From positions 1-35,548 of the forward strand of contig JADGHN010000002.1 of assembly GCA_019683875.1 (NCBI GenBank): DNA of 35,548 nucleotides, given 5' to 3'. Positions 18,066 to 26,420 of the stretch are shown here, one piece after another. The stretch comes from Clostridia bacterium (GTDB lineage: Bacteria > Bacillota > Sulfobacillia > RBS10-35 > Bu92). Made by a program: the position numbers and the translations under genes. Position 1 is the stretch's first letter. The number at the start of each line of letters is the position of its first letter. Below the pieces are notes generated by a model. The model worked only from the letters and a program-made list of their open reading frames with translations, ran no database searches and was not told the origin of the DNA.

Positions 18066-18731
18066 GTCGCGCAAGTCGCTGAGCGCCGCGGCCGCCTCGG
18101 CCGCCGCGCGCAGGCGCTCGGCCGCGTCGTGGCCGGTGCGGCGGGGCACGATCACCCACATGCAGCGCGCAAACGAGGGCGGGCTGGCGAGCGCGCGCGT
18201 CCCCGCGGCGCAGGCGGGCAGCGCCCACACGTGGCCGCCCGCCGTCACGACGGGCGGAGCCGCATGACCTAGCGCGCGGCGCGCCGCCGCTCCGACGAGC
18301 GGATCCAGGGCGGCGGCGACCGCGTGCACCGGCGCGTCGGGCAGCGGCCCGAGATAGACATCGGGCGGTCGCCCGGCGGCCACGGCGTCGGCGAGGCGCC
18401 GTGCGGCCGCGGTTGCGGGCCAGACCACGAGGTCGACCTTCCACCGGGGGTTGCGCCGCTGCCAGGCCGCCAGGGAGGCGCGCCAGGCCTCCACGGCGGC
18501 GTGCGCCTGCGCGTCGTCCTGCGGCCGCGCGGACCACACGATCAGGCGGGGCCTCGCGTCGTGGGCACCTGCCCGCCCGGCGCCCTCGGCCCAGGCCGGC
18601 AGGGCCGGGGAAGGCGCCGGGCCTCCTCCCGGTTCGAAGCCGAACGGCGCTGCGGGGCCGGGACCGGCCGCCCAGACGGCCAGGCCCGCGCAGACGACGA
18701 CCCATGTCCACATCGTCGCGCGGCGGTGCAT
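18048..18731 (-). CDS. hypothetical secreted protein resembling a shortened family-1 solute-binding protein
   Basis: ATG 18731, 4 nt after GGGGAGAGA. Signal-like MHRRATMWTWVVVCAGLAVWA. IVWSARP...WRASLAAWQRRNPRWKVDLVVW...AAGRPPDVY resembles the N-lobe of sugar-type SBPs, but the protein has only about 227 aa. The 3' end overlaps the convergent SBP gene by 18 nt. Confidence 0.5.
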   Translation of the reverse strand: MHRRATMWTWVVVCAGLAVWAAGPGPAAPFGFEPGGGPAPSPALPAWAEGAGRAGAHDARPRLIVWSARPQDDAQAHAAVEAWRASLAAWQRRNPRWKVDLVVWPATAAARRLADAVAAGRPPDVYLGPLPDAPVHAVAAALDPLVGAAARRALGHAAPPVVTAGGHVWALPACAAGTRALASPPSFARCMWVIVPRRTGHDAAERLRAAAEAAAALSDLRDSLGVR

Positions 18732-18773
18732 GGCGTCTCTCCCCACAGCACGCTATTCCGCTCTCCAAGCAAT

Positions 18774-18800
18774 GAAGAACGGCCGTGACGGCCGTTCTTC
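18774..18800 (-). terminator. 12-bp perfect hairpin downstream of divIVA (terminator-like, weak U-tract)
   Basis: GAAGAACGGCCG (18774-18785) / CGGCCGTTCTTC (18789-18800) with a 3-nt loop. On the minus strand it is followed by ATTGCTT, which is a poor U-run. Confidence 0.4.
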
Positions 18801-18835
18801 GCGTTGCGGGGGAGGGGGGAGGGGAGAGAAAACGT

Positions 18836-19642
18836 TCAGCGACCGCTCTTCTTGTACGCGTCCAGGTTGACCACCCCCGGACGTTCCTCCGGGGCGAGCG
18901 CCTCCTGGATCCGCGTGAACTCGGCTGCGGCCGCGCGAAACTTTCCTTGGAAGGAGGCGAAGAGCTCGGCGAGGGCGTCCCGCCGTTCAAGCGTGTCGCG
19001 GATCTCCGTTTCAAGCTCGGCTTTGGCGGACTGCAGGGCGGTGACCTCCTGCTGGAGCGCCAGCGCCTCCGCCTCCGCGCGCTCGCGGGCTTCCTCGACC
19101 ATGCGGGCCGCTTCCGCCTCCGCCTTTTCCACGATCTGGCGGGCCCGCTCCTCCGCGGCTTTCACCGATTGGCTCGCTGCCTGCCGCGCTTCCAGGATGG
19201 CGTCGGCGAGCTCCCGCTCCCTTTCCCGGTAGCGGGCGAGCTCCTGTTCCAGAGCCTGCAGGCGCCGCTGCAGATCCGGGTCTCCGCCGCGGCGGGCGTC
19301 GTCCAACTCCTGACGCGCGGCGTCCAGCTCGTGGCGGACGGATTCGACTTCCTTACGAGCCGCCTCCACCTCTTGACGGGCGGCCTCGACTTCCCGTGCC
19401 AACTCGTCCGCGCGCGCCTCCGCCGCCTCGACGCGGCGCGCCGCCTCCTGCGCTTCCGTGCGCCAGCGGCGAACCTCGTCCGTCAGGCGCTCGCTCTCTT
19501 CCTTCGCCTGCTTCCATTCCTCTTGCAACTGGTCGACATCGCGCGCGAGCTCCTCCATGAACTTGTCCACTTCCTCGGGATCGTACCCGCGGAACGTCTT
19601 GGTGAACTCGCGGTTGAGAATCGACACGGACGATATCGGCAC
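18836..19642 (-). CDS. divIVA: DivIVA-domain cell-division/polarity protein
   Basis: ORF 18836..19651. GTG 19651 abuts the SD, so GTG 19642 (9 nt after GGAAGGGG) is preferred. That gives (M)PISSVSILNREFTKTFRGYDPEEVDKFMEEL, the conserved DivIVA N-terminus. The rest is Glu/Arg/Ala coiled coil. Confidence 0.88.
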   Translation of the reverse strand: MPISSVSILNREFTKTFRGYDPEEVDKFMEELARDVDQLQEEWKQAKEESERLTDEVRRWRTEAQEAARRVEAAEARADELAREVEAARQEVEAARKEVESVRHELDAARQELDDARRGGDPDLQRRLQALEQELARYRERERELADAILEARQAASQSVKAAEERARQIVEKAEAEAARMVEEARERAEAEALALQQEVTALQSAKAELETEIRDTLERRDALAELFASFQGKFRAAAAEFTRIQEALAPEERPGVVNLDAYKKSGR

Positions 19643-19669
19643 TGTCGTCACCCCTTCCTGTCGAATGGC

Positions 19670-20857
19670 TTACCAGGGCATGGCCGGGCCGAGGTTGTTC
19701 GGGACGTCCGCGCTGCGTGGCGCCGACGCTCGTGCCTGGGCCGGGCCACGCCTGTCACTCTCGGCGCCGAGCGCCTGCAGCAGGGGCTCAAGCGCGCGTA
19801 CGAACGGCACGGGGTTGCGCCGGCCGGCCACCGCCTGCCCGCTCTGTACGGAGGAGGCCGCCGTCGGGTCGAACGGGACCTGAACCACATTGGGCGTGGC
19901 GAGCGCCTCCACGACGGCCTTCGGCGGCAGCTTCATCTCCGGGTGCGTGCGGTTGCAGACGACGATGAACCTCTCGCGCGGCCATCCGATCTCCTCGCCG
20001 ATCCGCCGCATCCACCGCGCCGCGTGGTAGAGGGCGGGGAGCTCGGCCGGGGTCACGAACACCGCGCGGGCGCAAGCGTCGAGCACGGCGAGGGTGCGCT
20101 CGTCGAACGTCGCGGGCAGATCGACGATGGTGCAGGGGAAGGTCGACTCGACGCGATCGACCCAGCCGCGCAGCGCCTCCGCGGGCGTGCTGGACCAGCT
20201 TCCCGGCTCGGCCGGGGAAGCGAACAAGTGCACGGGCACGCCGGGCACCTTCACGGCGACGTTGCGCAGGGCGTCGCTGTCGATGGCGGCGCCCAGCCGG
20301 AGGAGGTCGCCGACCGTGGCCTGCGCTTTCACCCCGGCGTACAGCGCCAGGGAGCCACTGTCGAGGTCCAGGTCGAGCAGCGCCACCTCGCGTTCGTCGC
20401 GGCGCGCGCGCAGGATGGCCAGGTTCAACGCGACGATGCTCTTGCCGGAGCCGCCCCGCGCCGAGACCACGGCGACAGGGCTCGTCTCCGCGTCCCGGAC
20501 GGCCAGGAGACCGATGTCCTCCAGCGCTTGCAGCAGGGCGTGCGCGGTGAAGGGCCAGACGAGGAAGTCGCGGGCGCCGGCCGTCATGGCGCGCCGCATG
20601 ACCTCGGGCTGCGCCTCCCGGCCGATCGCGATGACCGGCGTGTCCCCGAAGCCGGCGAGGCTCTCGGGGTCCGCCACCAGGTCGACGGCGATGAGGATCG
20701 CGTCGACCGGGGAGTGCGAGGCGTGCCGGGCGGCCTCCTCGGCTGAGGCGGCCATGCCCGCCAGCTCAAGCCGCGGTTCGCGGCGCATCAGGTCCGCGAG
20801 CGCCTGACGCGCGGCACCATCGGGATCCACCACGAGAAGTCGGACCGTCCGCGCCAT
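19670..20857 (-). CDS. CpaE/TadZ-like ParA/MinD-family ATPase with N-terminal degenerate receiver domain
   Basis: ATG 20857, 6 nt after GGAGGA. The N-terminal ~120 aa have a CheY-like pattern (RLLVVDPD...VDAILIAVD...PVIAIG...DFLVWPF). The C-terminal part has the P-loop VVSARGGSGKSIVALNLA, LLDLDLDSGS and a CpaE-like tail (VFVTPAELPALYHAARWM). Confidence 0.8.
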   Translation of the reverse strand: MARTVRLLVVDPDGAARQALADLMRREPRLELAGMAASAEEAARHASHSPVDAILIAVDLVADPESLAGFGDTPVIAIGREAQPEVMRRAMTAGARDFLVWPFTAHALLQALEDIGLLAVRDAETSPVAVVSARGGSGKSIVALNLAILRARRDEREVALLDLDLDSGSLALYAGVKAQATVGDLLRLGAAIDSDALRNVAVKVPGVPVHLFASPAEPGSWSSTPAEALRGWVDRVESTFPCTIVDLPATFDERTLAVLDACARAVFVTPAELPALYHAARWMRRIGEEIGWPRERFIVVCNRTHPEMKLPPKAVVEALATPNVVQVPFDPTAASSVQSGQAVAGRRNPVPFVRALEPLLQALGAESDRRGPAQARASAPRSADVPNNLGPAMPW

Positions 20858-20920
20858 CGCCTGTCCTCCGCCCTTTTTCCCCTCTAGGCCTCACGCTAGC
20901 GCGGTCCCGCCGCGGGCACC

Positions 20921-22225
20921 ATGCGCCTTCCGTCGGAGGCGCCCGGGACTTTCGTCCCTCTCCCGCCGCGGGCGCGCGCCGGGCCTGGGCCGAGGGGGCG
21001 GCGCGGCGGTGGTATACTGCGGTACGGGGCGATCGGGCTGGAGACCGTCTACCTGGACAACGCCGCATCCACCCGCGCGTTAGAGAGCGTGGCGGACGCC
21101 GTGCGCCACGCGCTGCTGCACGCGTATGGAAATCCCTCATCGCTGCACGCCATGGGGCTGGAGGCCGAGCGGCTCGTCGAAGCCACGAGGGCGGATCTGG
21201 CCCGCGTGCTGGGCGTGGCGCCGAACGAGCTCGTCTTCACTTCCGGAGGCACGGAGGCGAACAACCTCGCCCTGAAGGGGGCGGCGCGGGCGCGCGCTCG
21301 CCGCGGCCGCCACCTGCTGGTCTCGCCGATCGAACACGACTCCGTCCTGAACGCGGTGGAAGCCCTGAGGGCCGAAGGATTCGAGGTCGACTTCCTGCCG
21401 GTCGACGGGCAGGGGTACGTGGACCCGGAGGGACTTCGGGCCCGCATCCGGCCGGACACCGTTCTTGTATCCGTGGGTGCCGTCAACAACGAGATCGGGA
21501 CGGTGCAACCGATCGCGGCGATCGGGCAGGTCCTTGCGAGTTTCGGCGAGGACCGGCCGCTGCTGCACACGGACGCGGTGCAGGCGCTCGGCAAGGTGCC
21601 GCTCGGCGAGGTGGTCCGCCACGCCGATCTCGCCTCCTTCAGCGCGCACAAGATCCACGGGCCCAAAGGCGTGGGCGCCCTGTACGTGAGGCGCGGCGTG
21701 AGGCTCGTGCCGCTCGCGCAGGGGGGCGGCCAGGAACGCGACCTGCGTCCCGGCACGGAGAACGTGCCCGGCATCGCGGGCTTTGGCGCGGCTCTCCGGG
21801 AGCTGGATGGCCTCGTCGAAGCCTGGCCGCGCATGCGCGAGCTCAAGGCCCGCCTCTGGAACGCGTTGCGCGCGAGCCTCCCCGGGATCGAGATCGTTCG
21901 CAACGGCCCGGAGCTTGCGGAAGCGGCGCCGCACATCCTTAACGTCTCCTTCCCCGGTCTCCGGGGCGAGGTCGTCGTCCACGCGCTGGAGGAGCACGGC
22001 GTGTTCGCCTCGACGGGGTCGGCCTGCACCTCGCGCGATCCCCGCCCCAGCCATGTGCTGAAGGCGATCGGCTGCAGCGACGCGGTCGCCCAGGGAGCCG
22101 TGCGCCTGAGCCTATCCCGCTTCACCACCGACGAGGACGTCGAACGGGCCGTGCAGGCCTTTGCGGCCACGGTGCCCAACCTATTGAAGTTCGCGCGCGT
22201 CCGCGGCCGGAGCGGCGGACGTTGA
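20921..22225 (+). CDS. cysteine desulfurase (class V aminotransferase, NifS/IscS/NifZ-like)
   Basis: YLDNAAST, GGTEANN, PLP-lysine motif SFSAHKIHGPKGVGALYVR and active-site loop STGSACTS. The conserved domain begins near nt 21047. The only canonical in-frame start is ATG 20921, so the true start is uncertain. Confidence 0.88.
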   Translation: MRLPSEAPGTFVPLPPRARAGPGPRGRRGGGILRYGAIGLETVYLDNAASTRALESVADAVRHALLHAYGNPSSLHAMGLEAERLVEATRADLARVLGVAPNELVFTSGGTEANNLALKGAARARARRGRHLLVSPIEHDSVLNAVEALRAEGFEVDFLPVDGQGYVDPEGLRARIRPDTVLVSVGAVNNEIGTVQPIAAIGQVLASFGEDRPLLHTDAVQALGKVPLGEVVRHADLASFSAHKIHGPKGVGALYVRRGVRLVPLAQGGGQERDLRPGTENVPGIAGFGAALRELDGLVEAWPRMRELKARLWNALRASLPGIEIVRNGPELAEAAPHILNVSFPGLRGEVVVHALEEHGVFASTGSACTSRDPRPSHVLKAIGCSDAVAQGAVRLSLSRFTTDEDVERAVQAFAATVPNLLKFARVRGRSGGR

Positions 22226-22244
22226 CGCGGAAGGGGGACGGGCG

Positions 22245-23492
22245 ATGAACGCCACCGCCCAGCCGGGCGGCACGATGCTCGTGCGCTACGGCGAGATCAG
22301 CCTCAAGGGCGCGAACCGGCAAACGTTCGAACACGCGCTGAGACGACGCCTGTCGGAGGCCATCGAGCGCGCCGCCGGCGCGGACGCGCCCGTGCGCGTG
22401 CGGCTCGCGCACGGGCGGATCTACGTGGACTACGACGAGCAGGAGGACGACGTGCGGGAGCGGCTGCTGTTCGCGCTCACGCGCACGTTCGGCGTGGTGT
22501 CCGTGAGCCCGGCCCGGCGCGTGCCGCTGGACTGGGGGGCGCTCGTCGAGGCGGCGGAGGCGCTGGGCCGGCGGGCGAAGTCCGGCGGCGCCCGCACGTT
22601 CAAGGTCGAGGCCCGCCGCGCGAACAAGTCGTTTCCCAAGACATCGCCGGAGATCGCCCGGGAACTGGGCGCCGCCCTGGCCGCGCGCCTCGACTGGCCC
22701 GTCGACGTGCGCCGGCCGGACGCCGTCGTGCAAGTGGAAGTCCGCGAGTGGGCGTACGTCTACGCGGAGACCTACCCCGGGCCCGGAGGCCTGCCGCTGG
22801 GCACCGGCGGCAGGGGCATGCTGCTGCTGTCCGGGGGCATCGACAGCCCGGTGGCGGGATGGCTCCTCGCGAAGCGCGGCCTGGAACCTGTCGCCGTGTA
22901 CTTTCACAGCCCGCCGTACACCGGGGAGAAGGCGCTGGAGAAAGTGAGGGACCTGTGCCGGGCGCTCGCCGTCTGGTGCGGCCCCCTGGAACTCTACACG
23001 GTGCCGTTCACCGAGATCTCGCAGCAGATCTACGAGCGCGCCCCGGACCCGCTCGGCACCGTACTCATGCGCCGGTTCATGGTGCGCATCGCCCAGCGCC
23101 TGGGCGATCAGGTGGGGGCGGGCGCGCTCATCACGGGGGAGAGCCTCGGCCAGGTCGCAAGCCAGACCATTGAGAGCATCGCCGCCATCGCGGACGTGGC
23201 CGACCGTCCCATCCTGCGCCCGCTCGTGGGCCTCGACAAGGCGGAGATCGTCGAGCTGGCCCGGCGCATCGGCACGTACGAGATCAGCGTGCGGCCGTTC
23301 CCCGACTGCTGCAGCGTGTTCGTCCCGCGCAACCCGGCCACGCGGCCGCGAATCGACGACTGCCGGCGCGCGGAGGAGCGCCTCGACGTCGAGGCGCTGG
23401 TCGCCGAGGCGGTGGCCCGGACGGCGCGGGAGCGGCTCGGCCCGGCACCGGCCGGGCGGATGGGACAGGAGACGGCGTCGCCGGCGCGGTAG
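22245..23492 (+). CDS. thiI: tRNA 4-thiouridine(8) synthase ThiI (no rhodanese domain)
   Basis: ATG after GGAAGGGGGA. N-terminal ferredoxin-like/THUMP region (LVRYGEISLKGANR), PP-loop LLLSGGIDSPVAGW, and GESLGQVASQT. Confidence 0.92.
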   Translation: MNATAQPGGTMLVRYGEISLKGANRQTFEHALRRRLSEAIERAAGADAPVRVRLAHGRIYVDYDEQEDDVRERLLFALTRTFGVVSVSPARRVPLDWGALVEAAEALGRRAKSGGARTFKVEARRANKSFPKTSPEIARELGAALAARLDWPVDVRRPDAVVQVEVREWAYVYAETYPGPGGLPLGTGGRGMLLLSGGIDSPVAGWLLAKRGLEPVAVYFHSPPYTGEKALEKVRDLCRALAVWCGPLELYTVPFTEISQQIYERAPDPLGTVLMRRFMVRIAQRLGDQVGAGALITGESLGQVASQTIESIAAIADVADRPILRPLVGLDKAEIVELARRIGTYEISVRPFPDCCSVFVPRNPATRPRIDDCRRAEERLDVEALVAEAVARTARERLGPAPAGRMGQETASPAR

Positions 23493-23525
23493 AAGGTCCG
23501 TGGAAGCGTTGAGGAGGCGACCATT

Positions 23526-24455
23526 TTGCCGTACCAAGGATTGCGGATCATCGACAGCCACGCTCACTTTCCGGTGGCCCGGCCGCGGCCGGGCGCTCCT
23601 GCCCAGGAGACCCATCCCGCGATCGCCGCGTACAATCGGGAGCGCATGGCGCGCATGCGAAAGGTGTGGAACTTCCCGGACCCGCAGCCGCCAGCGGCCA
23701 CGGACGAGGAGATCCGCGCGTACGCCGACGCCTATGTGGCGGACCTCGACCGGTGGGGCGTGGAACGCATCATCTGGGTGACCGGCGGCGGCAACGAGGA
23801 ACTCGCGCGCATCGTGCGGCTGCACCCGGACCGCTTCATCGGCCTGAGCCACGAGCCCATCTACGAGGACGGCGCGCTGGAGCGGCTGCAGGAGGCCGTC
23901 GAAGTCCACGGATTGCGCGGCTTGAAGATGTTCGGTCCCCGCATGCCGATCCCGTTCGAGGACCCGCGGCTGCGCCCGATCTGGCAGTACCTCGCCGACC
24001 GGCGCCTCCCGGTCCTCTGTCACTTCGGCACGCTCGGCCACGGCGGGGGCGTCGTGTACCACCCGCGGATGAGCCCCCTCACGCTGGAGCCGGTCGCGCG
24101 GGAGTTCCTCGACATCCCGTTCATCATCCCGCACTTCGGTTGCAGTTACATGTGGGACCTTTTGCAGCTGTGCTGGGCGCTGCCCAACATCTACGTCGAC
24201 ACGTCCGGATCCAACCAGTGGATGGACTGGATGCCGTACCCGATGGACGTGAAGACGGCCCTGCGCAAGTTCTACGAGCTCATCGGCCCTGACCGCATTC
24301 TCTTCGGCACGGACTCCTCCTGGCGGCCTCGCGGCTTCGTGCACCAGTACCTCGAGCTTCAGGTGCGGGCCGCAAGGGAGTTGCGGCTTCCTGAAGAAGA
24401 CATCCAGAAGATCTTCGCCGGGAACGCCGCGCGGCTGTACCGCATCGACGGCTGA
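23526..24455 (+). CDS. amidohydrolase-2 family (TIM-barrel metal-dependent hydrolase)
   Basis: TTG 23526 after GAGGAGG. Metal-binding IDSHAHF near the N-terminus, later HFG, and a C-terminal LFGTDS...IFAGNAARLY typical of PF04909-like hydrolases. Confidence 0.78.
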   Translation: MPYQGLRIIDSHAHFPVARPRPGAPAQETHPAIAAYNRERMARMRKVWNFPDPQPPAATDEEIRAYADAYVADLDRWGVERIIWVTGGGNEELARIVRLHPDRFIGLSHEPIYEDGALERLQEAVEVHGLRGLKMFGPRMPIPFEDPRLRPIWQYLADRRLPVLCHFGTLGHGGGVVYHPRMSPLTLEPVAREFLDIPFIIPHFGCSYMWDLLQLCWALPNIYVDTSGSNQWMDWMPYPMDVKTALRKFYELIGPDRILFGTDSSWRPRGFVHQYLELQVRAARELRLPEEDIQKIFAGNAARLYRIDG

Positions 24456-24487
24456 AGCCGCTCCCGGCCAGGGAAGGAGAGCGCCCC

Positions 24488-25885
24488 GTGACCCGAGCGG
24501 ACGTGCCCATGCCCCAGCTTCTGCAAAAGGAGGCCAGCCCTGAGCTCGCCGAGGCCGTGCGCCAGGAATGGCCGCAGGCGCTGGGCGATCTCATCCGGCT
24601 GGTGCGCCAGCCTTCCGTCGCGGCCCAGTCGTTCGGGATGGAGGAGTGCGCCCAGCTGACGGCCGCGCTGTTCAGGGAAGCCGGAGCCGACACGGTCGAG
24701 ATCTGGCGCCTCCCGGACGCCGCGCCGGCCGTGTTCGCGGAGTTCGGCGGGGCGTCGGACCGCACGCTGCTCTTCTACAACCACTACGACGTGCAGCCGG
24801 CTGAGCCGCTCGAGCTTTGGTCCACGCCGCCCTGGGAAGGCGCCATCCGGGACGGCAAGCTCATCGCCCGCGGCGTCTCGGACGACAAGGGCCCGCTCAT
24901 GGCGCGCATCGCCGCCATCCGCGCCGTGCGCCGGCTGCGCGGCGAGCTACCCTGCCGCGTCAAGTTCCTCGTGGAAGGCGAGGAGGAGATCGGCAGCGTC
25001 CACTTCGACGCCTATGTCGAGAAGCACAAGGGCCGCCTGCGGGCCGACGCCTGCATCTGGGAGTTCGGCGGCGTCGACCAGGAAGGCCATCCCGAGCTCA
25101 CCCTGGGGCTCAAGGGGCTGTGCTACGTGGAAATGGAGGCGCGCGGCGCGAACCGGGACCAGCACTCGTCGATCGGCGCGATCGTCCCCAACCCGGCGTG
25201 GCGTCTCGTGTGGGCGCTGAACGCGATCAAGGGCCCCGATGGCCGGGTGCGCATCCCGGGGTTCTACGACGGCATCCAGCCGCCCACGGAGGCCGAGCGC
25301 GCCGCCGTCCGGCGCGTGCCGTGGAACCCCGAGCGCCTGCGGCAGAACCTGGGCATCGCGTCCTTCACCGTCGAAGGGGACGACGCCGCGCGCGAGGCGC
25401 TTCTCTTCGGCCCGACTTGCACCATCTGCGGCCTGGACAGCGGCTACCAGGGGCCCGGCCCGAAGACGGTGCTGCCTGCGGTGGCCCGCGCGAAGGTGGA
25501 CTTCCGCCTCGTGCCGGGCCAGGACCCGCACGATGTCTTCCAGAAGCTCCGGAAGTTCCTCGACGAGCACGGTTTCGAGGACATCCGTCTCACGCTCCTC
25601 AGCGCCGAACGGGCGTACCGCACGCCGGTCGACGACCCCTTCGTCCGCCTCGTGGCCGAGACGGCGGAGAAGGCGTACGGCAAGCCGGCGCGCGTCCACG
25701 TCACGAGCGCCGGCAGCGGGCCCATGTACCCCCTCGGGCACGCGCTGGGCATTCCCATGGTGAGCGCGGGCTGCGGGTACTGGGACAGCCGCGCGCACGC
25801 GCCGGACGAGAACATCCGGCTCAGCGACTACGCGCAGGGCATCTACCACATGGCGCTCCTGCTGCAGGAGTTCGCCCGGTCCTAG
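24488..25885 (+). CDS. M20-family dipeptidase/deacylase
   Basis: GTG 24488 after GGAAGGAGA. FYNHYDVQPAEP...W..PPWEG, ARGVSDDKGP and EGEEEIGS are typical of the M20 (ArgE/DapE/carnosinase-like) family. Confidence 0.88.
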   Translation: MTRADVPMPQLLQKEASPELAEAVRQEWPQALGDLIRLVRQPSVAAQSFGMEECAQLTAALFREAGADTVEIWRLPDAAPAVFAEFGGASDRTLLFYNHYDVQPAEPLELWSTPPWEGAIRDGKLIARGVSDDKGPLMARIAAIRAVRRLRGELPCRVKFLVEGEEEIGSVHFDAYVEKHKGRLRADACIWEFGGVDQEGHPELTLGLKGLCYVEMEARGANRDQHSSIGAIVPNPAWRLVWALNAIKGPDGRVRIPGFYDGIQPPTEAERAAVRRVPWNPERLRQNLGIASFTVEGDDAAREALLFGPTCTICGLDSGYQGPGPKTVLPAVARAKVDFRLVPGQDPHDVFQKLRKFLDEHGFEDIRLTLLSAERAYRTPVDDPFVRLVAETAEKAYGKPARVHVTSAGSGPMYPLGHALGIPMVSAGCGYWDSRAHAPDENIRLSDYAQGIYHMALLLQEFARS

Positions 25886-25940
25886 ACGTCTAGGCGCCGC
25901 CCCGGCGCGCATATGTTGAGGCGTACCGGGGAGGGATCGC

Positions 25941-26384
25941 ATGGCTTCGCTTCGAGAGCTGGCGAGGGCGCTGCACGATGCGGAAGCGCCGCTCTGGACC
26001 CAATACGAAACCCTGGCGGGCGCCGCCGCGACGGACGTGGAGCGGGAGCTCGTCAAGCACCTGGTGGAATCGCAGCGCTTCCAACTGTCGTTTCTGGAGC
26101 TGATGACGACGCCGTTGCCCAGCCGGTTCCAGTGCTTCGCCAAGGTGACGGACGACCAGGTCAAGTTGCGGCAGGGTCCCGGCGCGGGCCATCCGCTGAT
26201 CGGCCAGCTGAAGTACGGAACGCCCTGTCTCATCATCGACTTCAGCGGCTACTGGGCCAACGTCCAGCTGCCCGACGGGACGCGCGGCTGGGTGTTCAAG
26301 GACTACGTCGCCTGCGAGCGGGGCGGGAGCACGGCCCAGGAGACGCCCGCGTGGCAGGTGTTGACGCAGCCCGTGAAACGCTGA
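25941..26384 (+). CDS. hypothetical protein with C-terminal bacterial SH3-like domain
   Basis: ATG after GGGGAGGGA. The C-terminal part (VKLRQGPGAGHPLIGQLKYGTPCLIIDFSGYWANVQLPDGTRGWVFKDYV) matches the SH3_3 pattern. The N-terminal ~60 aa helical part is unassigned. Confidence 0.6.
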   Translation: MASLRELARALHDAEAPLWTQYETLAGAAATDVERELVKHLVESQRFQLSFLELMTTPLPSRFQCFAKVTDDQVKLRQGPGAGHPLIGQLKYGTPCLIIDFSGYWANVQLPDGTRGWVFKDYVACERGGSTAQETPAWQVLTQPVKR

Positions 26385-26420
26385 GTTTCCCCGCTTTCGA
26401 GCGGGTACAATGGTGCGAGA

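Noticed and set aside
18785-20746. 653-aa plus-strand ORF covering divIVA and the ParA-like gene. Likewise 22122..24344 and 25890..27590 on the minus strand.
   Set aside because: They are antisense to well-supported genes, have no SD, and have repetitive Leu/Arg/Gly composition.
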